NCBI GenBank assembly: GCA_963803145.1
Contig: CAWDLW010000043.1
Span: forward strand, 1-64,000
Reading direction: 5' to 3'
DNA from: Methanotrichaceae archaeon
Lineage (GTDB): Archaea > Halobacteriota > Methanosarcinia > Methanotrichales > Methanotrichaceae
DNA: 64,000 bases
In this document: in pieces, positions 51,298-60,893 of the stretch
Layout of the letters: every line of letters starts with the position of its first letter
Position numbering within the stretch: position 1 is the first letter of the stretch
Program-made: the position numbers and the translations under genes
Notes under the pieces: generated by a model
What the model was told of the DNA's origin: nothing
The model's database searches: none
The model's input: the letters and a program-made list of their open reading frames with translations, nothing else

Positions 51298-52191
51298 ATG
51301 GAGCTTGAAAACCTTCGATTCGGTACGGAACTGCTTAAACGCGGTTTCGCAAAGATGCAGAAAGGTGGCGTCATAATGGATGTCACCACTCCCGAACAGG
51401 CAATCATAGCCGAAGAGGCTGGAGCAGTTGCAGTCATGGCTCTGCATGCTGTGCCTGCAGATATCAGAAAGATGGGCGGCGTGGCCAGGATGGCAGACCC
51501 TGCGATCATCGAGGCAATCATTGATGCCGTAACCATTCCAGTAATGGCCAAGGCGAGAATTGGCCATTTCGTCGAGGCTCAGATTCTAGAGGCTATCGGT
51601 GTGGATATGGTGGATGAGTCGGAGGTGCTTACGCCTGCTGATAAGTTCCATATAGATAAAACGAAGTTCACGATACCATTCGTCTGCGGTGCACGGAACT
51701 TAGGTGAGGCATGCAGACGCATCTCTGAGGGCGCCGCCATGATCAGGACAAAGGGCGAGGCAGGGACTGGCGATGTAAGCCAGGCTGTGTTGCATATGAG
51801 ACTGATCATGGGCCAGATTAGAAGCCTAAAGGGCATGGATGAGCAGCAGATAATGAGCGTCGCCCGTGAGATTGAAGCGGACTCGGATCTTGTCGTCGAA
51901 TGTGCCGAGATCCAAAGGCTGCCTGTCGTCAACTTTGCCGCAGGCGGCGTTGCAACACCTGCAGATGCTGCTTTAATGATGCAGCTGGGCGCCGACGGCG
52001 TGTTTGTGGGTTCTGGAGTTTTCAAATCTGAGAATCCTGCTGCAATGGCCTCGGCCATAGTTCAGGCTGTCCACAACTACGATAATCCTCAGCTTCTCGC
52101 TAATATTTCAAAAGGCCTTGGAGCTGCAATGAAGGGACTGGATGCTAGCACCATTCCTGAGTCAGAAGCGCTTCAGACAAGAGGCTGGTAG
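51298..52191 (+). CDS. pdxS: Pyridoxal 5'-phosphate synthase lyase subunit
   Basis: [27 protein letters not shown] and [17 protein letters not shown] motifs. Confidence 0.97.
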   Translation: MELENLRFGTELLKRGFAKMQKGGVIMDVTTPEQAIIAEEAGAVAVMALHAVPADIRKMGGVARMADPAIIEAIIDAVTIPVMAKARIGHFVEAQILEAIGVDMVDESEVLTPADKFHIDKTKFTIPFVCGARNLGEACRRISEGAAMIRTKGEAGTGDVSQAVLHMRLIMGQIRSLKGMDEQQIMSVAREIEADSDLVVECAEIQRLPVVNFAAGGVATPADAALMMQLGADGVFVGSGVFKSENPAAMASAIVQAVHNYDNPQLLANISKGLGAAMKGLDASTIPESEALQTRGW

Positions 52192-52205
52192 TGAAAGAGC
52201 TGGTA

Positions 52206-52787
52206 ATGACAAGAATAGGTGTAATCGCCTTCCAAGGGGACGTTTCTGAGCATATCAAGACAATGGAGAGGGTCTTGAATGACAAGGGCTCGGTGGTCCC
52301 CGTAAGGCATTCCGGCATAATTCCTGAGTGTGACGGCCTTGTTCTGCCGGGAGGCGAAAGCACAGCTATCTCAAAGCAGCTGAAATCATCAGGCATGAGA
52401 GATGAATTAAAGGCTGCAGCGGAATCGGGTACGCCCATTCTTGCTACATGCGCCGGCCTAGTGCTTGTGTCCAGAGAAATTGAGGGTGATTCCAGAGTCA
52501 CACCTCTGGGGCTGATGGATATCAAGATCGGTAGAAATGCTTTCGGATCACAGAGGGAATCGTTTGAAGCTGATCTGGATATCAAAGGCTTTGATAAGCC
52601 GTACCATGCAGTCTTTATACGTGCGCCTGCAATAGTAGATGTCGGAAAAGATGTAGATGTTTTGGCGCACTTTGACAGATTTATAGTGGCAGCCAGACAG
52701 AGAAATATGATCTGTTTGGCGTTTCATCCAGAGCTGGTTGATGATTTGAGGTTCCATGAGATGTTCTTGAAAATGGTGGAGGTATGA
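52206..52787 (+). CDS. pdxT: Pyridoxal 5'-phosphate synthase glutaminase subunit
   Basis: QGDVSEH, LPGGEST, TCAGL, RNAFGSQ, FIRAP and FHPEL motifs. Confidence 0.96.
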   Translation: MTRIGVIAFQGDVSEHIKTMERVLNDKGSVVPVRHSGIIPECDGLVLPGGESTAISKQLKSSGMRDELKAAAESGTPILATCAGLVLVSREIEGDSRVTPLGLMDIKIGRNAFGSQRESFEADLDIKGFDKPYHAVFIRAPAIVDVGKDVDVLAHFDRFIVAARQRNMICLAFHPELVDDLRFHEMFLKMVEV

Positions 52788-53149
52788 TCATGTTCTCTGA
52801 AAAAGATCTAGTTACCAGGAGCATCGAGGATATGGCCCTTGATGTCAATGATCTTCTGGCGGAATCTGTTAGGCTCAGGGCTGAATATGACGAGTCCCTT
52901 CAAAGAGAGGAGAATCTTCGCAGGGAATCTGTAGAGGCTAGAGCTGAAAATCCTGTTCTGGCAGAAACTCTATGGCTGGAGGCTGAACAACTTCGTACCG
53001 ATTACCGTGAGCTGTTGCGCCAGTCTATAGAGATGCGACTACGGGCAGCGGAGATCCAACACAGAATAGATATCAGATCCCAGATCGAGGCAATAGATAA
53101 TAGCTATGATGAGATCTGGGCAAAGGCATCTAAGGCAGGAAGGATCTGA
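52784..53149 (+). CDS. Hypothetical coiled-coil protein
   Basis: ATGA overlap with pdxT; GGAGG RBS; helical E/R-rich sequence. Confidence 0.65.
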   Translation: MIMFSEKDLVTRSIEDMALDVNDLLAESVRLRAEYDESLQREENLRRESVEARAENPVLAETLWLEAEQLRTDYRELLRQSIEMRLRAAEIQHRIDIRSQIEAIDNSYDEIWAKASKAGRI

Positions 53150-53194
53150 GATCAGAGGTATTCTGGAGATCTCTTCCCCTTAATTCTATTAATT

Positions 53195-56100
53195 TTACCG
53201 CCCGCCATCATCGAACTTGATCTTCTTTTGAGTCTGGAATGAACCAGTGTACTGCTGATCTGCCTTCATCTTTCTATAGAACTGCGCATATTGAGTCTGT
53301 ACGTTCCAGTTGCCATCGAACGCCTGATCGGTGCTGAAAGACAAAGTGTTATAGGTATAATTGGCATTCCTCACCATATCTGTTTCGCTCTTGTCTACGT
53401 GGCTTAAGTTATACCTCTCTGTAATGCTCGCACCCATGCCCCCATCAAATGAAGGGGACGCAAGGCTCTTCTGGCCCTTGAGTATACCACCAGAGAATAC
53501 TAGATCCCTTCTCTCGCTGAAGTTGGTGCCAGGTCTGCTCTTGTCCACGCTCCTCTCAGATTCGAGGTTTATGGATCCATTGCCCTTCATCCTCTCGTTA
53601 TAACTAACGGCCGAATCATCGACATTATCCTTTATTGAGACCTCGCCCTTGCCATTCACTACTGTGGATTCTACGAAGAGCATGCCCTTTCCTGAAGACG
53701 CTATAGCCCTGGCTGGCCCAGGCATCTGGTCCGATTTGACTGTGCTCCAATGAAGCATGTATGGCCCATCCTCCGTCGACTTGCTTCCATCTGTGAATGC
53801 AACAGAGAGAACCATATATGTTCCTGCGGTCCTTCCAGGAATGGTACAGCTCCAGTAGCCGTCACTGCTATCGCCAGACTCAAGAGTCATAGGCATGGTG
53901 TGGATCATGTCCACATCCATCATATCCTGCTTTGTGAGGGGCATATCTGAGAGACCCCACTTGGCTTTGGCTGATCTTATGGAATTTGTACTCTTAGCAT
54001 GCACCGAGACCTTCACAGGTTGCCCGGCTGCAGGTTGAGATGGGGATGCACTGACATCCAAAATACTCAGGGCTCCATGCTCTGAGCCTCTAACGCTGGC
54101 TATGCTCAGCTCATAATCCCTTGAAACGTTTGTGCCCTCGCGGTTATCAGAAGGACTGGAAACTTCGTTGCTCGAATCATAACTGGTATTATAAGCAGCT
54201 GTGCTTTCATTATCTACATTATCGGTATTTGTATTAGATTCCGTTGAGTTATAATTTGTATTAGATTCTATTGAATTATAATTCGAACTTACATCGGCTC
54301 CAGCATGCCCCAGCATTCTTTGGATATAGCGTATCATGCCCTCTATGCCGCTAAGTAGATTGTTTCCTGAATTCGTAACTGTGGAGTTGAGGGCGGATTT
54401 TATGCTGCTCCTCTTAGGCATATCTGTTGCAGAAATATGCTTAGCATTATCTATTCCCTGATCTATATCAGGCAGAATTCTTCTTGCCTCTGGGGACTGC
54501 ATACTTTCGGGAGTTGGATATTGTTTAGGCACGGATATGAATAGCCTGCAGGAAGTATGAACCGGCTGCTTCTCGAATGTGAATGCTTCTATCGATATTA
54601 CATCATCAACATCGGTGGTGACTTGTCTCTCGGCATTAACATATCTCTGACCCTTTGGCGGAATGTAATCTATAGTCCCAAGCGGCCCGAATGCCTTGCT
54701 CAAAACAAAGGTATTGTAGAGCGCCACGTTCCCAAAGTTTGTCACTTTACATGTTATGGATGCTGTCTCTTCTGACATAGTAGCGCTGGCCGAGGCTTTA
54801 ATCCCTGATGTAACTATATTTGCTTCAAACGGCACTGAGTCTGACCAGACCCTGCCATTAGAATCCTGACCTTCTGCCCTGAACTCAAATGTAGTGTTCG
54901 AGTTTACTGCAAGCCGCAAGGATGTCACTCTGAACTCACCTGGATCCAGATTATCCGCAGTTGCTACAACTCCACTACCCTCCAGCAGTACAACATCTGT
55001 CAGAGGATCGTCCCCAGTGTTGGTTATAAGACAGCTCAGATTCACAATCTCTCCTTTGGACGCCTCGATCTCGGGAGGCATGACCTTCAGGCTGATTCCC
55101 GGTGAGATTGTCTTTATAAGGACGCTTCCCGTACTGCTGACTGTATAGCCTTCTGGATTGTATCCTTCTGCAGTCACATTGACTGCGGAGGTATTCTCTT
55201 TTACGTAGACGCCCTCTATTTTCGAAGAGCTGCCAGGGCGTAGTTCCTCGAGCCTGCATCTCTTACCATCGCAGCTAAGAGTTACGTTTTTTAGACATTC
55301 CTCACCTGTGTTCTTCAGCGTCCAGACGACATTGACGGGTTGATTGGAATAGCTTGTGACCTCTGATTGATCTGCAGAAATATTGAGGCCAGATGTGAAG
55401 ACATTTAGGTCCATCATCTTCGAGGCATAAACTTCCAAACCTGAGGAATCCTGCCCAATGGCCTGCACCTCATACTGCATATTTTCATTGAGGCTCACAT
55501 TTCGCTGAAGCCTTTGAGATTCTCCAGGTTGAAGTAGAGATATCCTTCCGAATTCTCCGAATGAATCTGAGATTGAGAGATTAGCAAGTCTATCCTTGCC
55601 GATATTTGCCACATCCACAGCCAGACTGATGCTCTGGCCTCGATGGACCTTATCAGGCGCAGTGATGTTCACACTCAGCAGAGGATAAATCATCCAGACC
55701 TTCGACGTGGCATTGCTCACCCAAAGACTGCCGCCGAGATCTTTGCCCTGAACTCCTGCGCTGATATTCATGCTGTCATTTAGCACAAGGGTTCCTTTGA
55801 GACTGACCTCATCTCCCGGAGTAAGGTATGTGGTCGAAGTCGTCTGTCCTGCGCAGAAGAGTTTGACGTCGGATAAAGCATCCTTGTAAGCGTTCACCGC
55901 TCTACAATTATACTCTATGACATCGCCCTTATATCCAGAGGATTTATTGGTTATAATAGAAATATTGAACCTGGGAAGGGCCTCCTGGTGGGTCTGATTG
56001 CTCTCAGCAGACTTAGGCGGTTCCTCTACAGCCTGTACGCTAAGATGCTGCTGTGATGGTCCTACAGAGGGCGAAGAGCCCCCGGAAAAGATGGGCTCCG

Positions 56101-56617
56101 TCTGAGGTTTAAATTGCTTTACATCATCGCCCTGCTTCACATAGCGGACATCTCCCGATATCTCCTTATTGGATGGATCTATGGCAGTGACCGCCACATC
56201 CTTAAGATCGCCCTTTGTAGCCATGATCTTCCTCTCATCAGGCGCAAGCTGTGAGAGAATTCCCAAGACTCTTCCGCCGTCTGCCATGACTTTAATGTGC
56301 CTGAACTGAGAAGAGCCTGCATTCTCGACCTGAACTTTGGTCAATGCCTCGCCTTGAGAGAAGCTCACAGTCGCTATAAGGTCTGAATCTGCAGTTGCAA
56401 CTTTAAGCATGCCCATATCACTGGAAGATGAATTGGCAGTTGATGGACCTTGAGACCATGACATGATATGCAACGGCATGATATGCAGGACGAAGGAAGA
56501 AGCTAATAATACCGAAAGAAAGGCCAGGCCAACCAAAGCCGGAGCTATATAGTTATTATAACGACTACGGCTATGTCTACCCTGAGGTAGTCTACGCCTA
56601 AAGCTACCTCTTTTCAT
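53195..56617 (-). CDS. Large membrane-anchored surface protein with repeated Ig-like (DUF11/CARDB-like) domains
   Basis: N-terminal TM; repeated (V/I)xNxGxxxLxxV...L.PGE units; Asn/Ser/Thr-rich linker. Confidence 0.7.
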   Translation of the reverse strand: MKRGSFRRRLPQGRHSRSRYNNYIAPALVGLAFLSVLLASSFVLHIMPLHIMSWSQGPSTANSSSSDMGMLKVATADSDLIATVSFSQGEALTKVQVENAGSSQFRHIKVMADGGRVLGILSQLAPDERKIMATKGDLKDVAVTAIDPSNKEISGDVRYVKQGDDVKQFKPQTEPIFSGGSSPSVGPSQQHLSVQAVEEPPKSAESNQTHQEALPRFNISIITNKSSGYKGDVIEYNCRAVNAYKDALSDVKLFCAGQTTSTTYLTPGDEVSLKGTLVLNDSMNISAGVQGKDLGGSLWVSNATSKVWMIYPLLSVNITAPDKVHRGQSISLAVDVANIGKDRLANLSISDSFGEFGRISLLQPGESQRLQRNVSLNENMQYEVQAIGQDSSGLEVYASKMMDLNVFTSGLNISADQSEVTSYSNQPVNVVWTLKNTGEECLKNVTLSCDGKRCRLEELRPGSSSKIEGVYVKENTSAVNVTAEGYNPEGYTVSSTGSVLIKTISPGISLKVMPPEIEASKGEIVNLSCLITNTGDDPLTDVVLLEGSGVVATADNLDPGEFRVTSLRLAVNSNTTFEFRAEGQDSNGRVWSDSVPFEANIVTSGIKASASATMSEETASITCKVTNFGNVALYNTFVLSKAFGPLGTIDYIPPKGQRYVNAERQVTTDVDDVISIEAFTFEKQPVHTSCRLFISVPKQYPTPESMQSPEARRILPDIDQGIDNAKHISATDMPKRSSIKSALNSTVTNSGNNLLSGIEGMIRYIQRMLGHAGADVSSNYNSIESNTNYNSTESNTNTDNVDNESTAAYNTSYDSSNEVSSPSDNREGTNVSRDYELSIASVRGSEHGALSILDVSASPSQPAAGQPVKVSVHAKSTNSIRSAKAKWGLSDMPLTKQDMMDVDMIHTMPMTLESGDSSDGYWSCTIPGRTAGTYMVLSVAFTDGSKSTEDGPYMLHWSTVKSDQMPGPARAIASSGKGMLFVESTVVNGKGEVSIKDNVDDSAVSYNERMKGNGSINLESERSVDKSRPGTNFSERRDLVFSGGILKGQKSLASPSFDGGMGASITERYNLSHVDKSETDMVRNANYTYNTLSFSTDQAFDGNWNVQTQYAQFYRKMKADQQYTGSFQTQKKIKFDDGGR

Positions 56618-57043
56618 CTACTCCCTTCCATCCCCTCTGATATTCCCTTCTAAATGATGAGCGCTAAAGTTTTGAGCCTAAATCCCTTAAGTTCTTTTTT
56701 ATTTTCCAGCCTATATATGCGTTTCGGACAAAACCAGAAATATTTAATAAGTGATAACTAAATTTTTATAGCGGCTGTTGAGCATTTGCTTTTATGGATT
56801 AATCATAAGCCTTCATGATATCGGTTATTCTTGTCGGCACTCTCATACCGAAGTGTGGTCCTTTTTTAAGCTTGGTGATATCTTCAGTACATTATAGGCT
56901 CATCGCGGGAATTGGCGCGGAGCTTATGATCTATATTATCGACTGTCCCGGCAAAATCTTCTCATCCCTGGCAATTGTGGTTTTCTCAGAAGCGGTAATT
57001 GCAAAGCATCTCAAAAAGACTGGCTATGGAAGGATCAGATCTG

Positions 57044-57574
57044 CTAATACTTACTACTATCACGAGTAATATGAGTGCCGATATCAGGACTGGAGCCACT
57101 ATGAGCCCTTTCTACGACAGCATACATTCTTCGAATATCGGTTGAGAAATGAAGATGGCTCGGGCAGCGGCAGTCTGTACACCCAAAGCCTGGAATAGAT
57201 ATCAGCTCTGCGCCTATTCTCTGGGCGATGGCACATTCGATGTTCTGGGCTGTATAAGTAATCACAACATCCTCGAAAGATGTGTTTGGCAAAAGGTAAT
57301 CTATATGCCATCGCCTAGCGGTATTTATCCCAGCTAGAACATCCAGGTGCCTTCTCACCCTTTTGATTCCGCCAGGGCCTCTGGCAGAGCCGGTGTAGGC
57401 AAAGTAGCCTTTCATAAAGGATATCATGCCCAGGGAGCCTACATGAATTCCCCTATCCCTATCCAGCCTGAGTATGAGGGTATAGATGCCTGGATTATAG
57501 CAGCCAGGATTATAAATGCTATGATTATAGAAGCCAAGATTACAGAAGCCAAGATTACAGATGCCAGGGTCCAT
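57044..57574 (-). CDS. GIY-YIG (Uri superfamily, DUF123-like) endonuclease with an N-terminal 5-aa tandem expansion
   Basis: GIYTLIL...YTGSA, RWHIDYLL, EC and GFGCTDCRCPSHL motifs. Confidence 0.85.
   Translation of the reverse strand: MDPGICNLGFCNLGFYNHSIYNPGCYNPGIYTLILRLDRDRGIHVGSLGMISFMKGYFAYTGSARGPGGIKRVRRHLDVLAGINTARRWHIDYLLPNTSFEDVVITYTAQNIECAIAQRIGAELISIPGFGCTDCRCPSHLHFSTDIRRMYAVVERAHSGSSPDIGTHITRDSSKY
57480..57574 (-). repeat. 15-bp tandem repeat (about 6 units) at the nuclease 5' end
   Basis: Plus-strand units attatagcagccagg, attataaatgctatg, attatagaagccaag, attacagaagccaag, attacagatgccagg. Confidence 0.8.
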
Positions 57575-57707
57575 ATTGGATAATCCAATATTGCGATCCT
57601 TGAGCGGAGATATTTGAGCTTGTTGCTCACGCAGGGATAATACGAGACCTATATTAGAGCAAGTCTTTTCTACAAAGACAATAAAGAAGCAGTTGGGTGA
57701 AAATTGA

Positions 57708-58271
57708 GTGAGATTATTATTAGCAATGGCAACAGTGCTGATGCTGTCTTCGTTGGGTTTAGCAGCCCATGAGACCTCTCAGCTCGGACCATATACGGCA
57801 TCGTTCGATATGAATACCAATCTTAAATATCAGGTTCAAGTAGCGAACCCAATAGATCTTCCAATCGCTACAGTCTACAGTATGCGTGTAGCTACCGATA
57901 ATTCGACTAGAGCACAAATAACTCTAACCGAAAATAAGAACCTCACAGATTCGACTTCGGCGATGTATAAGCAACTGATGATAATGGACTTGGCTTTGGT
58001 TGGCTTCAATACAACAAACGTAAATGATATGATGATAGATGGCAAGAATGGCTTCCTAGTAACCGCCTCGCCGATCTCAGGAAACAATATACTTCCGGCT
58101 ACAACTAATCTCTTCAGGGCCATCTACTGGCTGGATAGCAAAAACTGTGAATGTGGACCCGTCTCAGTGGGCACAACAAGCGTGGATATAACTTCAACCT
58201 ATCCTCAGGATGTAACTCAGGGCCTGCTGAACAGCCTGCATGTCGTAAAGGGCACGGCACCTGCCAAATAG
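57708..58271 (+). CDS. Secreted hypothetical protein
   Basis: GGTGA RBS; signal peptide MRLLLAMATVLMLSSLGLA. Confidence 0.7.
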   Translation: MRLLLAMATVLMLSSLGLAAHETSQLGPYTASFDMNTNLKYQVQVANPIDLPIATVYSMRVATDNSTRAQITLTENKNLTDSTSAMYKQLMIMDLALVGFNTTNVNDMMIDGKNGFLVTASPISGNNILPATTNLFRAIYWLDSKNCECGPVSVGTTSVDITSTYPQDVTQGLLNSLHVVKGTAPAK

Positions 58272-58397
58272 ATGCTGCCTATATAAACGCTAAAAACATA
58301 GATGCTTCAGCATACATCCTCCCGCTGAAGCTTCTTTATACTTTTTAGATGAGGGAAACTATTTATCTATCGTATCCTACTGTCGCTTGGATTATCA

Positions 58398-58481
58398 GCG
58401 GGGTTTGCCAAGCTGGCCAAAGGCGCAGGACTTAAGATCCTGTCTCGCAGGAGTTCGCGGGTTCGAATCCCGTACCCCGCA
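58398..58481 (+). tRNA. tRNA-Leu (anticodon TAA)
   Basis: Acceptor GCGGGGT/ACCCCGC plus A; anticodon arm CAGGA-CTTAAGA-TCCTG; long variable arm; GGTTCGAATCC; CCA not encoded. Confidence 0.96.
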
Positions 58482-58624
58482 TAAGTCAAGTCGTTAGATA
58501 CTGATTTTTAGAGATTGCTTCCTAAAGTGATTACCAGTAAATATGACCCAATTCCATTTTCACAGCTTTCAGCTCATGACTATCCTTTAAGAGAATCACC
58601 ACACTATTGTGATAATAGAGCACG

Positions 58625-58745
58625 ATCACCTGGCGCTGATTCCTACTATGATGAGCCGGTAAGGAATGCTGATAGTGTATCCTACTTCGATGAAGGCTCG
58701 AGGGCGAAGGCGAAAGCGAAAGCTAAGTCAAAGGCATTCCAGAAG
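58625..58745 (+). pseudogene. Degenerate duplicate of the 3' end of the 59978-60492 gene
   Basis: SPGADSYYDEPVRNADSVSYFDEGSRAKAK versus APGADPFLEELV/KNADGVFHFDEGSRAKAR. Confidence 0.6.
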
Positions 58746-58842
58746 GTGCTGCTGCATATAGAGTTGCTGCAATAAATATAGAGGTCAAAAGATTGTGGTC
58801 TTTTCAATTATATCAAGCGCTTAAGGACGCCAAGATCACAGG

Positions 58843-59085
58843 CTATCTATTTAACCCGGCCTGAACTAGTTTCATGCTCCTCAAGGTTCCCATACCTCGA
58901 GATGTTATCTTGTATGATCCCTCGTCAACTTCGATTAATCCATTTCTACTAAGCATCTCTATGTAGGGATTAACGACTCTGAAATTTAAGTTTGCTTTAT
59001 AGACTATTGCAGTCTTACGCGCACTGAGACAACATATCTCAAGGATTTGGGAAATTATTTCCTCTCTGCATCGTTTTTGTACCAT
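58843..59085 (-). CDS. Winged-helix (HTH_45-like) regulator
   Basis: IISQILEIC...KTAIVYKANLNF...YKITSRG. Confidence 0.85.
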   Translation of the reverse strand: MVQKRCREEIISQILEICCLSARKTAIVYKANLNFRVVNPYIEMLSRNGLIEVDEGSYKITSRGMGTLRSMKLVQAGLNR

Positions 59086-59589
59086 AGACTACCACCCATA
59101 AAATTTAATGTTAGAAGAGATTGGAATATTCCTTTTTCTGGAAAACCCTCATGACGACTAACATAAGAATATAAAACTCCTAAACTATTTAAATCTTTAT
59201 AAAATCTGTTGTTATGAGATAATTACAGAAGGGCAGGTAATTATCATCAATCCTTATAATCGATTGTCTTTCTGAAGGATTTTAGGGCGATGGGTTCATA
59301 TCCTACCTGCTGCATTAATTAGGTTAATATTTCGATGTCGATTTTTAGCGACATTATTGTAGGCAAACATGGAATGCAATTTAAATACGGCATTGTCACG
59401 GCGTAGTGAGCTATTGGAGCTTATTGCGGCTGCGGCCGACGAAATAGCGGAAATAGATCGCCATTTGCTGATTTTGCATAATCAATCCCCAGAGGCGGAT
59501 CTTCTCCGGAGCGAAGAAAACGTGTCAGCTCAAATCCGCTAGCGCCCGCATTTTAGCGACGTTCTTGTGCGAATTAATTAAATTCCCTA

Positions 59590-59808
59590 TTAACTTTTTT
59601 TCAAGCTCTCTGCAACCGCTCTTTCGCGTTCGGTGGTGCGGTATTTATCATTAATTTTCTCCAAAAGAACGCTTTCTGTTAATAGGTTTAAGTAGTAATC
59701 GACTGTTTTGGAGTTCAGATTTACGTCATAGACTATCTGGGTCTTGCTTTTTGGCTCTATACAAAGCTGAAGCACCTCTTCTATGATTTGGATCTTACTC
59801 CTTTTCAT
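59590..59808 (-). CDS. Winged-helix (HTH_45-like) regulator, paralog
   Basis: MKRSKIQIIEEVLQLC...KTQIVYDVNLNS...YRTTE. Confidence 0.8.
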   Translation of the reverse strand: MKRSKIQIIEEVLQLCIEPKSKTQIVYDVNLNSKTVDYYLNLLTESVLLEKINDKYRTTERERAVAESLKKS

Positions 59809-59977
59809 AATTATAGATCAGTACTTAAGATACTAAAAGCCGTTGCTTTCAGAGGTCTTGAACCTACCATTATTGAACGGAAAAGCAAAGTGAGCTATAC
59901 CTAGTGAATTTAATCTTTTTACTTTCACGCCGCTCTTACACCTCGCCCTTTAATCCTGAAGTTAACCCTCTATTAGT

Positions 59978-60492
59978 ATAGACTTCGAGTTATACCACAC
60001 AATAACCCTCAGATCCATGTCCTTCAATGCCCTGCTAGCCCCAAGGGAGATGTTCATCCATGCCTTGAATAGCCATCTCAACCTCCAGAGGTTCAAGGTA
60101 ATCTACGTCTGCGGGAACTATTCCTCAATCCTTAGCAGCCTGGACCGCAGGTTCGAGGCCTTAGAGGTTCGCCGAGCCTTCACGGTCTTCCACCTCATGA
60201 CCATATTTGAGGAGAATCACCATACGATTGTGATGATAGAGCATGATCCGCTGCCGTATGAAGATGCCCAAGAGATGATAGATTATGTCTTCCAGGCCAT
60301 GAAAGAGGCTTCTAAGGAGACGGCAGTGCTGCTCTATGCGCCGGGCGCCGATCCCTTCCTGGAAGAGCTGGTAAGAAGAACGCTGATGGAGTGTTCCACT
60401 TCGATGAAGGGTCGAGGGCTAAAGCGAGAGTTGTAGCAAAGGCTATTCCAAAGACTAAGAAGAGCCAGACCACATTGGAGGCTTTCTCATGA
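59978..60492 (+). pseudogene. Inactive RecA/RadA-like hypothetical gene, frameshifted
   Basis: ATA start (IDFELYHTITLRSMSFNAL...); YVCGNYS, VRRAFTVFHL and IEHDP motifs; frameshift near 60375 continuing KNADGVFHFDEG...QTTLEAFS*. Confidence 0.6.
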
Positions 60493-60527
60493 TCTTATGG
60501 CATAATCTATCGCCTTGGTGAATAGAC

Positions 60528-60788
60528 ATGGGCAGAAGCTTTGAGAGCATTAGGGTGGCCGTGAAGGATGTCTCGGCCAGGTGGCTGAAGGCTTCAAAGG
60601 CGCTGAAGAAAGAAGACTAGATTTACGGCCAGATGATTGCCGAAATGGCCAAAAAACATTCAAGCGTGGCATTCTATGAGCTGGATGACTCTTTGGAGGC
60701 GGCGGTGTTTTCGGTGCTGGTGGAGATGATGAAGGGGAGGAATCAGGCCATAGCAAAACAAAGTCCTGCAGATGATGGTGATTGTTAA
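60528..60788 (+). pseudogene. Small MGR-motif protein (PolB2-associated, arCOG07300-like) with an in-frame TAG
   Basis: MGRSFESIRVAVKDVSARWLKASKALKKED*IYGQMIAEMAKKHSSVAFYELDDSLEAAVFSVLVEMMK; TAG at 60618-20; GGTGA RBS. Confidence 0.65.
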
Positions 60789-60893
60789 ATCTCTTAGGTT
60801 TCTCCTAATCCATTACCGGCCAATAACAATAGCTGAAAGGTAACTATAGATAGTAAAACGCGATTATCTATGGCAGTTTAGGCCAGGTAGAGA

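Noticed and set aside
54226-54285. 27-bp duplication in the 1140-aa surface protein
   Set aside because: Ordinary low-complexity Asn/Ser/Thr linker duplication.
56815-57069. 84-aa plus-strand ORF, and a minus-strand FEMLCNYRF resembling an AlaRS motif
   Set aside because: The match is short and surrounded by stops, so it is probably coincidental. The ORF lacks an RBS or recognisable domain.
58398-58481. attL/attR-bounded integrated element at tRNA-Leu
   Set aside because: No duplicate of the tRNA 3' end and no integrase found within the window, so it cannot be supported here.
60618-60620. Pyrrolysine read-through of in-frame TAGs (also at 1414-1416 and 6925-6927)
   Set aside because: 6925 is demonstrably CAG in the paralog, the other two sit in or beside frameshifted remnants, and no pyl genes are visible. 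Simple nonsense mutation is more parsimonious.
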